Positions 47,913-56,929 of a DNA stretch of 64,000 bases are shown here, piece by piece. Location: positions 62,001 to 126,000 of the forward strand of contig NZ_BAABFP010000002.1 of assembly GCF_039541115.1 (NCBI RefSeq), given 5' to 3'. The position numbers were made by a program, and so were the translations under genes. Each line of letters starts with the position of its first letter. Position 1 is the stretch's first letter. This stretch comes from Angustibacter luteus. Lineage in GTDB: Bacteria; Actinomycetota; Actinomycetes; Actinomycetales; Angustibacteraceae. The notes beneath the pieces were generated by a model, which ran no database searches, was not told where the DNA came from, and saw nothing but the letters and a program-made list of their open reading frames with translations.

Positions 47913-48893
47913 GTGCCCCGCCGCCGCGACGTCGACCCCGCCGCAGTCGACGAGCTCCTTCGATCGCGAGAGCGAGTCGTCACGCACGCCGAGCTCGTCG
48001 CCGCCGGGATGCCGTTGAGCACCGTGTGCTCGCGGATCCAGCGAGCCGGCGCATGGCAGCGCCTCCACCCCGGCGTCGTCCTGGCCCACTCCGGCGTCCC
48101 GGCCCGTCGCGAACGCCTGCTGGGGGCCCTCGCATACGCCGGCCCGGGAGCCGTCCTCACGGGCAACGCGGCGCTCGGCCTCCACGGCCTGGGTGCGGCA
48201 CGCCACCACCGCGATCTGCATGTGCTCATCCGTGAGAAGGCGCGGCGTCAGTCACGACCTGGCCTCATCATCGAGCGCACGAGACGGCTCCCCGACCCGG
48301 TCGTCCGCGGCGGGCTGCCGGTCGCCCCGCCGGCTCGAGCACTCATCGACGCGTGCCGGCAGATCGAGCGGCTGGACGATGTCCGGGCCCTGGTCGCGGA
48401 CGCCGTCCAGTCACGTTTGTGCTTGGTGTCCGACGTCCAAGAGGCTCTGGTCGCCTCCGCACGCCAGCGCACCGCCTTGGCCCGGGAGGTGCTGGCCGAG
48501 GTCGCGGCAGGTGTGCGATCCGCTGCGGAGGCTCGAGTGCGGGTGGTCTTCGCCAGGCACCACATTCCGCAGCCGAGGTGGAACTGGGCGCTCCACGGCG
48601 AGGACGGCACGCACCTGCTCACGCCCGACGGATGGTGGCAGGACATCGGGTGTGCGCTGCAGATCGACTCGATGGCATGGCACCTGCTGCCGGCGCTCTA
48701 CAAGAGGACCCAGCAGCTGCAGCGGCTGATGAGCGTGCACGACATCCCGTTCCTGCCGGTAGCGCCGGGGGATGTCTTCACCGACGAGGCGGCCTTCGTG
48801 CGCGAGGTCCGAGCCTTTCTGGCCAGGCATGCCGACCACGTCCCCAGTCCGGGGGTCGTGGCCCGCCCGCCTCTGACCGACCTCCGCCGCTAA
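47913..48893 (+). CDS. AbiEi-like wHTH protein with C-terminal DUF559/Vsr-like PD-(D/E)XK nuclease domain
   Basis: VVTHAELVAAG..WQRLHPGV, AVLTG.AAL.LHG, PPARALID, RSAAE, PQPRWN, TPDGWW..LQIDSMAWH; CAGAGT 6 nt before GTG. Confidence 0.78.
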   Translation: MPRRRDVDPAAVDELLRSRERVVTHAELVAAGMPLSTVCSRIQRAGAWQRLHPGVVLAHSGVPARRERLLGALAYAGPGAVLTGNAALGLHGLGAARHHRDLHVLIREKARRQSRPGLIIERTRRLPDPVVRGGLPVAPPARALIDACRQIERLDDVRALVADAVQSRLCLVSDVQEALVASARQRTALAREVLAEVAAGVRSAAEARVRVVFARHHIPQPRWNWALHGEDGTHLLTPDGWWQDIGCALQIDSMAWHLLPALYKRTQQLQRLMSVHDIPFLPVAPGDVFTDEAAFVREVRAFLARHADHVPSPGVVARPPLTDLRR

Positions 48894-48936
48894 CCTCATC
48901 TGCCACGAGCTTCGACCCTTTTGCGGCGCCCGCCCA

Positions 48937-48993
48937 TTGGGACTGCGTGCCGCTACTCCAATAGGTGCGTAGTGGCGTTGCGCCGCGACAGAC
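48937..48993 (-). repeat. Right 57-bp inverted repeat
   Basis: Reverse complement of 47781-47837 with 2 mismatches. Confidence 0.95.
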
Positions 48994-49022
48994 CAGAGTG
49001 GCCCGCGCCACAGTGGGGGCGG

Positions 49023-49340
49023 TTAGAAGCCGGAGCCCTTGGGGAGCTCGATGTCGGGCTTGGCGAGCTCCTCGACGTTGACGTCCTTGAACGTGATCAC
49101 CTTGACGTTCTTGACGAAGCGGGCCGGACGGTAGACGTCCCACACCCACGCGTCGTTCATGGTGACCTCGAAGTACACCTCGCCGCCCTCGCTGCGGGCC
49201 TGGACGTCGACCGAGTTGGCCAGGTAGAACCGGCGCTCGGTCTCGACCACGTGCGAGAACAGGCCGACGACGTCCCGGTACTCCCGGTACAGCGAGAGCT
49301 CCATCTCGGTCTCGTAGTTCTCGAGGTCCTCGGCGCTCAC
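49023..49340 (-). CDS. DUF2469 family protein
   Basis: [24 protein letters not shown]...[15 protein letters not shown]; follows rnhB. Confidence 0.93.
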   Translation of the reverse strand: MSAEDLENYETEMELSLYREYRDVVGLFSHVVETERRFYLANSVDVQARSEGGEVYFEVTMNDAWVWDVYRPARFVKNVKVITFKDVNVEELAKPDIELPKGSGF

Positions 49341-50089
49341 AACGACACCTCCGTCATCAGGCCATCATCGACCACGACGGCCGCGGGCGCCTCGCCGGGC
49401 GCGCCGACGGGCACCAGGTCGTCGTAGGGCGGCAGCCGCCACGAGCGGCGGTGGTGCTCGCTGGCGCCCAGCTCGGTCAGCGCGGCGAGGTGCTCGGGGG
49501 TGGCGTAGCCCTTGTTCACGTCCCACCCGTAGGCGGGGAAGGCGGGCGCGAGCTCGGTCATCATGGCGTCCCGCTCGACCTTGGCCAGCACGCTCGCCGC
49601 GGCGACGGACGAGCACTTCAGGTCGGCCTTGATCATCGTTCGCACCGGGGGGCACGGCTCGGCGTCCGCGGCGAAGGCGAGCAGCCCGGCGGACGACGGG
49701 TCGGTCAACCAGTCGTGGTTGCCGTCCAGGAGCACCAGGTCCGGGACGGCGGGGAGCGTAGCCAGCGCCCGTCGAGCCGCCAGCCGCAGCGCACCCAGGA
49801 TGCCGACGGCGTCGACCTCGTCCGGGCCGGCGTGCCCCACCGCGCTGGCCAGCGCCCACCGCTGGATGCGCGGGACCAGCGACTGCCGGGCCGCGGGCGT
49901 GAGCAGCTTGGAGTCCCGGACGCCGGACGGCGCGGTCCGCACGGTGGCGTTCACCAGCACCACGCCCACGCTGGCCGGCCCGGCCAGCGCACCGCGGCCG
50001 ACCTCGTCCATCGCGGCGAGCAGCAGGCACCCATCGCGCAGCAGGGAACGCTCGACACGAAGGGACGGCGCCCGGCCGGCGGGGCTCAT
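49337..50089 (-). CDS. rnhB: Ribonuclease HII
   Basis: [36 protein letters not shown]. Confidence 0.95.
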   Translation of the reverse strand: MSPAGRAPSLRVERSLLRDGCLLLAAMDEVGRGALAGPASVGVVLVNATVRTAPSGVRDSKLLTPAARQSLVPRIQRWALASAVGHAGPDEVDAVGILGALRLAARRALATLPAVPDLVLLDGNHDWLTDPSSAGLLAFAADAEPCPPVRTMIKADLKCSSVAAASVLAKVERDAMMTELAPAFPAYGWDVNKGYATPEHLAALTELGASEHHRRSWRLPPYDDLVPVGAPGEAPAAVVVDDGLMTEVSL

Positions 50090-50197
50090 CGCGCTGCCTG
50101 CGGCATCGCCTGCACGGGTACCTGGCGGGCTGAGGAGGTCATGTCACCTGTCGGGTGTCGGAGTCGTCGACGTCCGGAACAGCCTACGTCGTGCGCC

Positions 50198-51154
50198 TCA
50201 GGGACCGACGTCGACCGGCGGGCGGCCGTCGAGCAGGCCCGCGCGCTCGTCCGCGAGCAGCTGGGGCAGCAGCGCACCGAGCGCACGCGGCGCGAAGACG
50301 TCGGAGTGCTCGGCGAGGATCTCGTCGACCGTCCACCAGCGCACGTCCTCGATCGTGGCCACCTCAAGGTCCGTCCAGCCCGAACGGTCGACGTCGATGC
50401 CCTCGACCCGCAGCAGGAACCAGCGCTCCCGGACGTCGAGCCCGCCGTCCTCGACGGGCAGCACGTGCCGGCGGCGCCACACGCAGTCCCCGAGGGCCGA
50501 CGGCCCGACGTCCAGCCCGAGCTCCTCGCGCAGCTCGCGGCGAGCGGCGTCGAGGGTGCTCTCTCCGGGGTCGACCCCGCCACCGGGCGGGAACCAGAAG
50601 GCGTGCCGGGCGTTGTGCGCACGCATCAGCAGCGCGCGGTCCTGGCGGTCGACGACGAGCACCCGAGCGGTGGGGCGCACCGGCTGGACGGGCAGCCGGT
50701 GGTGCACGTCGCGAACCCACCCGGCCATGGCTGACGGGGCGACGTCCGCACCGTCGGCCAGCAGAGCGTCCAGCTGGTCCGGCGTCCACCAGGCCACCCC
50801 GCGGGTGAAGCCCCGCTCGACGTCGTCCATCCCGCGCGGAACGGGCTCGAAGCGCTCGGTGCGCAGCGCGTAGAAGGTGTTGTGGCCGAGGTAGCGCTGC
50901 CCGTCGAAGCCGAACTCGTTGCTCATCACCTCGACGGGCTCGCCCAGGTCGTCGAGGGTGAGGCCGAGCTCCTCCCACGCCTCCCGGCAGGCCGCGTCGT
51001 GCGCCGACTCGCCCGGGTCGATGCCACCGCCCGGGCTCACGTAGCGCAGGACGTCCGGGACGGCGGGGTCGACCACCGACTGCAGCAGCACGGCGCCGCT
51101 CGGATCGATGCAGAGCAGGCGGGCGGCACGGCGGTCGATCACCGACACGCTCAC
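50198..51154 (-). CDS. Tandem two-domain NUDIX hydrolase
   Basis: Two Nudix boxes GGGIDPGES..AACREAWEELG and GGGVDPGES..AARRELREELG. Confidence 0.85.
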   Translation of the reverse strand: MSVSVIDRRAARLLCIDPSGAVLLQSVVDPAVPDVLRYVSPGGGIDPGESAHDAACREAWEELGLTLDDLGEPVEVMSNEFGFDGQRYLGHNTFYALRTERFEPVPRGMDDVERGFTRGVAWWTPDQLDALLADGADVAPSAMAGWVRDVHHRLPVQPVRPTARVLVVDRQDRALLMRAHNARHAFWFPPGGGVDPGESTLDAARRELREELGLDVGPSALGDCVWRRRHVLPVEDGGLDVRERWFLLRVEGIDVDRSGWTDLEVATIEDVRWWTVDEILAEHSDVFAPRALGALLPQLLADERAGLLDGRPPVDVGP

Positions 51155-51912
51155 GGCCCGGACGCCTCGACCTTCTCGAACGTCGCCGCGTGGCGCGACA
51201 GCCAGGTCGCCCGGGAGAACGGCCACACCAGTGCGACCGCCCGGCCGGTGACGTGGTCGATCGGCACGAAGCCCTTGTACCGCGAGTCCTCCGAGTGCTG
51301 GCGGTTGTCGCCCATCACCCACAGGCTGTTCGCCGGGACCGTGGCATCGAACGGGTCCTGCGACGGCTCCGAGCCCGGCTTGAGGTACGGCTCGTCGAGC
51401 GGGACGTCGTTCACGCTGACCCGGCCCTGCGCATCACAGCACACGACGTGGTCGCCGGGTAGGCCGATGATGCGCTTGATCAGGTGGTTGCCGGAGTCGT
51501 TGGGCAGCAGGCCCACGAAGGTCAGTGCCTTGCGCACCGGCCCCGCCGGCGCGGCTGGCGGCTGCTGCTCGAGCCAGTCGTTCGGGTCGACGAAGACCAC
51601 GACATCGCCGTGCTTGAGGTCGAACGGTCCGGGGGTCAGCTTGCTCACGATGACCCGGTCGCCCACCTGGAGCGTGTCCTCCATGGACTCCGACGGGATG
51701 TAGAACGCCTGCACCAGGAACGTCTTGATGAGCAGGGACAGCCCGAGGGCGATCACGACGACGATGACGGTCTCGCGCAGCAGCGCCATGGGGCCGGTGG
51801 CCTGCTTGCGCGGGCGGTGCCGCGGCTCGCCGAGCGCCTCGCGGCGGGTCTGTGGCTGGTCTGAGGACTCAGGCTGGTCGGACGCGTCCGCCTGCTCGGG
51901 AGGGGTGCTCAT
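51151..51912 (-). CDS. lepB: Signal peptidase I
   Basis: IPSESM, IKRIIGLPGD, MGDNR.HSEDSR. Confidence 0.93.
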   Translation of the reverse strand: MSTPPEQADASDQPESSDQPQTRREALGEPRHRPRKQATGPMALLRETVIVVVIALGLSLLIKTFLVQAFYIPSESMEDTLQVGDRVIVSKLTPGPFDLKHGDVVVFVDPNDWLEQQPPAAPAGPVRKALTFVGLLPNDSGNHLIKRIIGLPGDHVVCCDAQGRVSVNDVPLDEPYLKPGSEPSQDPFDATVPANSLWVMGDNRQHSEDSRYKGFVPIDHVTGRAVALVWPFSRATWLSRHAATFEKVEASGP

Positions 51913-52682
51913 TTCCCGCTCACCGACGTCCCGTCGTCCAGCCCGCCGAAGTGGCTGAGCGGCCAGAACCGCAGCACGATCTTGCCGATGACCCGGTCGA
52001 CTGGGACCGTCCCGCCACCCGGGTCCCCCAGGTGCGAGCGGGAGTCCGCGGAGTCGCTGCGGTGGTCCCCCATGACCCAGAGGCGACCCGGCGGGACGAC
52101 GACGTCGAACGGGCTGGCGCTGGGGGCGTCGCCCTCCATCACGTACGGCTCCTCGACGCCGACGCCGTTCACGCTGACCCGGCCGGCGGCGTCGCAGCAG
52201 ACGACGTGGTCACCGGGCAGGCCGATGACGCGCTTGGTGAAGTCCTTCTCGGACGCGGAGACGCCGAAGAACGAGCCGATGCCGCGCACGACCTTGGCCA
52301 CGACGCCGTGGGCGGGCTCGACCTCGCCCGAGCCGGCGAACGAGTCCGTGCCGTCGAAGACGATGACGTCGCCGCGCTGGATCTCGCCCACCCGGTAGGA
52401 CAGCTTCGAGACCAGCACCCGGTCGCCGACCATCAGCGTCGGCTCCATCGAGCCGGACGGGATGTAGAACGCCTGCACCAGGAAGGTCCGCACGATGAGC
52501 GTGACGAGCAGCGCGGCAATAATCAGCGTGGGCAGCTCCTGCCACCACGCGCGGTTGCCGCTGTGCAGCCGCCCACCGAACGGCCCGCGGGACGACGGCG
52601 CGACCTCCGTCGGGTCAGCGGAGGTGTCGGCAGGTTCGGCAGCAGGAGCGGCCGAGGCCGCGTCGCCTCGGGCAACGTCCAT
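51909..52682 (-). CDS. lepB: Signal peptidase I (paralogue)
   Basis: IPSGSM, KRVIGLPGD, MGDHRSDSADSR; TAGGCT 7 nt before ATG. Confidence 0.92.
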   Translation of the reverse strand: MDVARGDAASAAPAAEPADTSADPTEVAPSSRGPFGGRLHSGNRAWWQELPTLIIAALLVTLIVRTFLVQAFYIPSGSMEPTLMVGDRVLVSKLSYRVGEIQRGDVIVFDGTDSFAGSGEVEPAHGVVAKVVRGIGSFFGVSASEKDFTKRVIGLPGDHVVCCDAAGRVSVNGVGVEEPYVMEGDAPSASPFDVVVPPGRLWVMGDHRSDSADSRSHLGDPGGGTVPVDRVIGKIVLRFWPLSHFGGLDDGTSVSGK

Positions 52683-52787
52683 CAGCACGAGCCTATCTCG
52701 CGGGCCGGGTCCGACGACGGCGCGTCGGGTGCCGGGCTGGGTGCCGCGCTGGGGAGGGGACGGGGGCGGGTCGTGCCAGTCCGGACA

Positions 52788-52829
52788 CGGCACCGCCCGG
52801 GCCGCTTGAAGCGGACCCGGGCGGTGCCG
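52788..52829. terminator. Hairpin downstream of rplS
   Basis: CGGCACCGCCCGGG...CCCGGGCGGTGCCG 14-bp stem. Confidence 0.75.
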
Positions 52830-52848
52830 GAGAGCAGATCCGTGAGGA

Positions 52849-53208
52849 TCAACGCGTGACCGGGGTCTCGCGCTTCTCCTTGATCTTGGCGGCCTTGCCG
52901 CGCAGGTCGCGCAGGTAGTACAGCTTCGCGCGGCGCACGTCACCACGGGTGACGACCTCGATCTTGTCGAGGACCGGGGAGTGCAGCGGGAAGGTGCGCT
53001 CGACACCCACGCCGAAGCTGACCTTGCGGACGGTGAAGGTCTCACGCACCCCGTCGCCCTGCCGGCGGATGACCGCGCCCTGGAAGACCTGGACGCGCGA
53101 GCGGCTGCCCTCGACGACCTTCACGTGCACCTTGAGGGTGTCACCGGGGCGGAAGTCGGGGACGTCGTCGCGCAGGCTGGCGGCGTCGAGTGAGTCGAGG
53201 ATGTGCAT
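52849..53208 (-). CDS. rplS: 50S ribosomal protein L19
   Basis: [31 protein letters not shown]. Confidence 0.98.
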   Translation of the reverse strand: MHILDSLDAASLRDDVPDFRPGDTLKVHVKVVEGSRSRVQVFQGAVIRRQGDGVRETFTVRKVSFGVGVERTFPLHSPVLDKIEVVTRGDVRRAKLYYLRDLRGKAAKIKEKRETPVTR

Positions 53209-53351
53209 GGCTCTTCACTTTCTCGCAGGTGCCACGGGTCACCCACGACTTCGGTTGGTCTGAGGTCGCCACCCGATCGGCGTGCGTCACCCCCGTGGCG
53301 GGGACGCGGCCGGTACGTGGCGCGACTGCCCAGTCTGCCACAGCAGGGGGT

Positions 53352-54116
53352 TCAGCCTGAAATCGAGCGTCCCGGGTCCGGGTTGGGCGGCGGGCTGATC
53401 CGCGCGGACGGGTCCAGCAGGTCAGGACGCCTGGACGCGGTGCGCGCGAGTCGCTGCTCGTGCCGCCACCGGGCGATCGCGCCGTGGTGCCCGGACAGCA
53501 GGACGTCGGGCACGTCCCGACCCCGCCAGGACGCGGGCTTGGTGTAGACGGGGTACTCCAGCAGGCCGTCCTCGTGGCTCTCCTCGACCAGGCTCTCCGC
53601 GTTGCCCACGACGCCAGGCAGCAATCGGGCGACGGCCTCGACGATCGCCAGCACGGCCACCTCGCCGCCGTTCAGCACGTAGTCGCCGAGGCTGATCGGG
53701 GTGACCCGCCAGCGGCTCGCGGCGTCCTCGACGACCCGCTCGTCGATGCCCTCGTACCGGCCGCAGGCGAACGCGAGCCACGGCTCGTCCGCGAGCTGGT
53801 GCGCCATCGCCTGGGTGAACGGGGTGCCGGACGGGCTGGGCACCAGCAGGTACGGCGAGGCGTCGGGCCGGTCCAGCGCCGTGCGACCGGCCGCCTCGAC
53901 GTGGTCGAGCGCAGCGCCCCACGGCTCGGGACGCATGACCATGCCCGGTCCCCCGCCGTACGGGGTGTCGTCCACGGTCCGGTGCCGGTCGTGGGTGAAG
54001 TCCCGCAGGTCGTGCACGGCCAGGTCGAGCAGCGCCTGCTCGCGCGCCTTGCCGATCAGGGACAGTTGCAGCGGCTCCAGGTACGCCGGGAAGATGCTGA
54101 CGACGTCGACCCGCAT
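53352..54116 (-). CDS. trmD: tRNA (guanine-N1)-methyltransferase
   Basis: [41 protein letters not shown]. Confidence 0.97.
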   Translation of the reverse strand: MRVDVVSIFPAYLEPLQLSLIGKAREQALLDLAVHDLRDFTHDRHRTVDDTPYGGGPGMVMRPEPWGAALDHVEAAGRTALDRPDASPYLLVPSPSGTPFTQAMAHQLADEPWLAFACGRYEGIDERVVEDAASRWRVTPISLGDYVLNGGEVAVLAIVEAVARLLPGVVGNAESLVEESHEDGLLEYPVYTKPASWRGRDVPDVLLSGHHGAIARWRHEQRLARTASRRPDLLDPSARISPPPNPDPGRSISG

Positions 54117-54646
54117 CAGCGCTGGTCCTCGATCGCGTTCTCCGGGTCGAAGAGCCCGCCGGGCGGGTCGACGACGACGAAGCCGCCGGGCACGTCGACC
54201 TCCGGTACCAGGGCGTGCACGAACGGGACGAGCACGTTCGGGCCGTCCGCGCGGCGCACCACGAGCAGGTCCTGCGCGCCGCCGGTGTCGAGCCGCGCCA
54301 CCTCGCCGAGGTCCTCACCCTGCGGGCTGCGCACCCGCAGCCCGACCAGCTCGTCCTCGTACCAGGCGTCGTCCTCGTCCGAGGCCGGCGTGCTGACCAG
54401 CAGCATCACCCCGCGCAACCCCTCGGCCGACGTCCGGTCGGTGCTCTGCTCGAACCGCAGGAGCAGCGTGCCGCTGTGCTCGTGCACGTCGGCGAGGGTC
54501 AGCGGCCCGGCCGCCGCGGGATCGGTGACGAACACCGCGCCGGGGACGAATCGCTCCTCGGGGACGTCGGTGCGCACCTCGACGGTCACCTCGCCACGCA
54601 GCCCGTGGGCCCGGCCGATCCGGCCGACGACGCGCTCCATGCTCAC
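54116..54646 (-). CDS. rimM: Ribosome maturation factor
   Basis: [22 protein letters not shown]; position between KH gene and trmD. Confidence 0.95.
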   Translation of the reverse strand: MSMERVVGRIGRAHGLRGEVTVEVRTDVPEERFVPGAVFVTDPAAAGPLTLADVHEHSGTLLLRFEQSTDRTSAEGLRGVMLLVSTPASDEDDAWYEDELVGLRVRSPQGEDLGEVARLDTGGAQDLLVVRRADGPNVLVPFVHALVPEVDVPGGFVVVDPPGGLFDPENAIEDQR

Positions 54647-54740
54647 TCCCGTTGGTGGTGCACCCGTGCTGGGTGCGCAAACGACGACGTCCGAGGTCCC
54701 GGCCGGTCAGGCCAGGATCCTCGGACGCACGCCGTACGGT

Positions 54741-54983
54741 CTAGCGGACCCGGTCGGTGTCGACGATGTCGACCCGGATCGAGCGGCCGTTCGCGAGCGC
54801 CCCGACGACGGTGCGCAATGCGCTGGCCGTGCGGCCGGCGCGGCCGATGACCCGACCGAGGTCGTCCGGGTGCACGCGAACCTCGAGCATCTCGCCGCGG
54901 CGGCCGTCGTGCCGACGGACGACGACGTCGTCCGGGTGCTCGACGATGCCGCGGACGAGGTGGTCGAGCGCGTTCTCGAGCAC
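54741..54983 (-). CDS. khpA: KH-domain RNA-binding protein
   Basis: VHPDDLGRVIGRAGRTA.ALR; follows rpsP. Confidence 0.92.
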   Translation of the reverse strand: MLENALDHLVRGIVEHPDDVVVRRHDGRRGEMLEVRVHPDDLGRVIGRAGRTASALRTVVGALANGRSIRVDIVDTDRVR

Positions 54984-54985
54984 GC

Positions 54986-55531
54986 TCAGGCCTCGGTGCT
55001 GTCGCCGGTCGCGGCCTCGTCGGCCTTGGGCTCCTCAGCCTTGACCTCGTCGGCCTTGGCCTCGTCAGCCTTCGGCTCCTCAGCCTTGACCTCGTCGGCC
55101 TCAGCCTTGGGCTCCTCAGCCTTCGGCTCCTCGGCCTTCTTGGCGCTCTTCTTGGCCTTGGCCGTGGTCGCGCCCTCCTTGGGCTCGTCCGCGGACTGCT
55201 TCGCAGCAGCGTTGAACAGCTCGTCACGCGACGGCTTCGCCTCGGCGACGCGCAGGGTGCCCTCGGCGCCCGGCAGGCCCTTGAACTTCTGCCAGTCACC
55301 GGTGATCTTGAGCAGCACGAGCACCTGCTCGGTCGGCTGCGCGCCGACACCGAGCCAGTACTGCGCCCGCTCCGAGTCGATCTCGATGACCGACGGGTCG
55401 TGGGTGGGGTGGTACTTGCCGATCTCCTCGATCGAACGACCATCACGCTTGGTGCGCGAGTCGGCGACGACGACGCGGTAGTACGGGGCCCGGATCTTGC
55501 CCAGGCGCTTGAGACGGATCTTGACGGCCAC
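54986..55531 (-). CDS. rpsP: 30S ribosomal protein S16 with acidic repeat extension
   Basis: [25 protein letters not shown]-terminal KAEEP/KADE repeats. Confidence 0.97.
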   Translation of the reverse strand: MAVKIRLKRLGKIRAPYYRVVVADSRTKRDGRSIEEIGKYHPTHDPSVIEIDSERAQYWLGVGAQPTEQVLVLLKITGDWQKFKGLPGAEGTLRVAEAKPSRDELFNAAAKQSADEPKEGATTAKAKKSAKKAEEPKAEEPKAEADEVKAEEPKADEAKADEVKAEEPKADEAATGDSTEA

Positions 55532-55704
55532 GGGTGTGGTCAACTCCTGAATCTGCAGTGGGTGGCGCGGCGGGCTCCCGGGTGGGGGTTCTCGGGTGCC
55601 GTGGCGCTCGGGACACGGTGCGAGACGGAGAGAGGGGCCGTCACCACCGGGTACGGCGGACCATTCTGCCAGATCCTGGCCCCGCCCACGACCACGCACC
55701 CACC

Positions 55705-55800
55705 CGCTTCCGCCGCTCAGTCCGGTTTCCGCCGCTCGAACCGGATCCCAGCCTCGAAGACCGGACTGAGCGGCGGAAACCGGACTGAGTGGCGGAAGCG
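55705..55800. repeat. Long inverted repeat with internal 19-bp periodicity
   Basis: 33-bp arms 55705-55737 and 55768-55800 (32/33 complementary); subunit TTCCGCCGCTCAGTCCGGT. Confidence 0.88.
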
Positions 55801-55804
55801 TGGG

Positions 55805-56929
55805 TCAGGGGGTGAGGGCGCGGACGTCGAGGGCGAGCCGCGCGACGGCGGCCCGGCTCAGCGCGGGGCGGGTGTCGAATCGCACGACCGGCCCCAACGC
55901 CAGCGGCGCAGCGGCGGCGGGTGCCGGCCCGTCCCACCACGGAAGGTCGAGCGAGGGCCCGTGGACGACGGATCTGGTGCGCGTCTCGTACCGCTGGCGC
56001 GCCACGGCCGCGGGGACATCGCACCAGACCTCCACAGCCGATTCCGGGTTGACGCCGGCCGAGTGCAAGCCGGTCAGCGCCAGGTCGACGTACTCACGCG
56101 CCCACCAGTTCTCCACGACCGCCCCGGACGGGCAGCCGGCCAGCAAGGCCCACACCGCCTCGATCGACCCCGCGCCCAGCAGCGAGCTCGATCCGCCGAG
56201 CCGGGCCGCGTCCCCCGGCGGGAGCCGGTCGCCGACCGCCTCCTTCACCAGGTCCTTCGACAACAGGGGCAGCGCCAGCTCCTCGGCCAGCGCGCCGGCC
56301 AGCGTCGTCTTGCCGGACCCCGGCAGGCCGTTGACCAGGACCACCCGGCGGGCCCGGCGGTGCGGGGCGTACGGCGTCGCTGGCCACTCCTCGATCGTCA
56401 CGGCGTACCGCTCGTGACCGCGCCAGGCGTGCCCGCCCGGACCGTTCAGCCAGAGCATCCGTGGGGTCTCGCCCTCGTGCCGGAACCCCAGCGACCGCAG
56501 CACCCCCGCGGATCGGCTGTTGGCCGGCTGCACGTTCGCCTCGATCCGGTGCAGGCCCAGCCCGCCCTCGTCCTGGGACCGGAACGCCAGGTCCACGACG
56601 AGACCGAGACCCTCCCGGAACAGCCCGCGCCCGGCGTACGGGTCGTAGGCGTCGTACCCCATGGACGCGGACTGGAAGGTGCCGCGGACCAGGTTGGACA
56701 CGTTCACCCGGCCGACCAGGCCGTGCGCTCCCCCGGGGTCGTTGGCCACGATCATCAGCGTCCGGCGGGTGGGCGACTGATCGGCCAGGTCGAGCTGGAT
56801 CCGCTCGGCGTCGACCGGGTTCCAGCGGCTGATCCGCTCGTTGGACGCGGCGACGGCGGCGCGGAACGGCTCGACGTCCTGCGGCGCGACCGGACGCACG
56901 TGCACCCGCTCGCCGCGAGCGCTCAGCAC
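55805..56929 (-). CDS. RimJ-like GNAT acetyltransferase fused to P-loop kinase (AAA_33-like)
   Basis: GY....AGRG, LHRIEANVQPAN.RS..V..SLGF..EG then LVNGLPGSGKTT, SKDLVKE. Confidence 0.82.
   Translation of the reverse strand: MLSARGERVHVRPVAPQDVEPFRAAVAASNERISRWNPVDAERIQLDLADQSPTRRTLMIVANDPGGAHGLVGRVNVSNLVRGTFQSASMGYDAYDPYAGRGLFREGLGLVVDLAFRSQDEGGLGLHRIEANVQPANSRSAGVLRSLGFRHEGETPRMLWLNGPGGHAWRGHERYAVTIEEWPATPYAPHRRARRVVLVNGLPGSGKTTLAGALAEELALPLLSKDLVKEAVGDRLPPGDAARLGGSSSLLGAGSIEAVWALLAGCPSGAVVENWWAREYVDLALTGLHSAGVNPESAVEVWCDVPAAVARQRYETRTRSVVHGPSLDLPWWDGPAPAAAAPLALGPVVRFDTRPALSRAAVARLALDVRALTP

Noticed and set aside
47781..48993. Classical IS element
   Set aside because: No DDE/HUH/serine or tyrosine recombinase motifs in the ORF and no target-site duplication seen
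51151..52682. Tandem lepB paralogues
   Set aside because: Clustered signal peptidases after rplS are well known in actinomycetes
54986..55140. 15-bp tandem repeats in rpsP 3' end
   Set aside because: Encodes the low-complexity S16 extension usual in actinobacteria
55705..55800. CRISPR array
   Set aside because: Repeats are inverted and abutting, with no unique spacers and no cas genes
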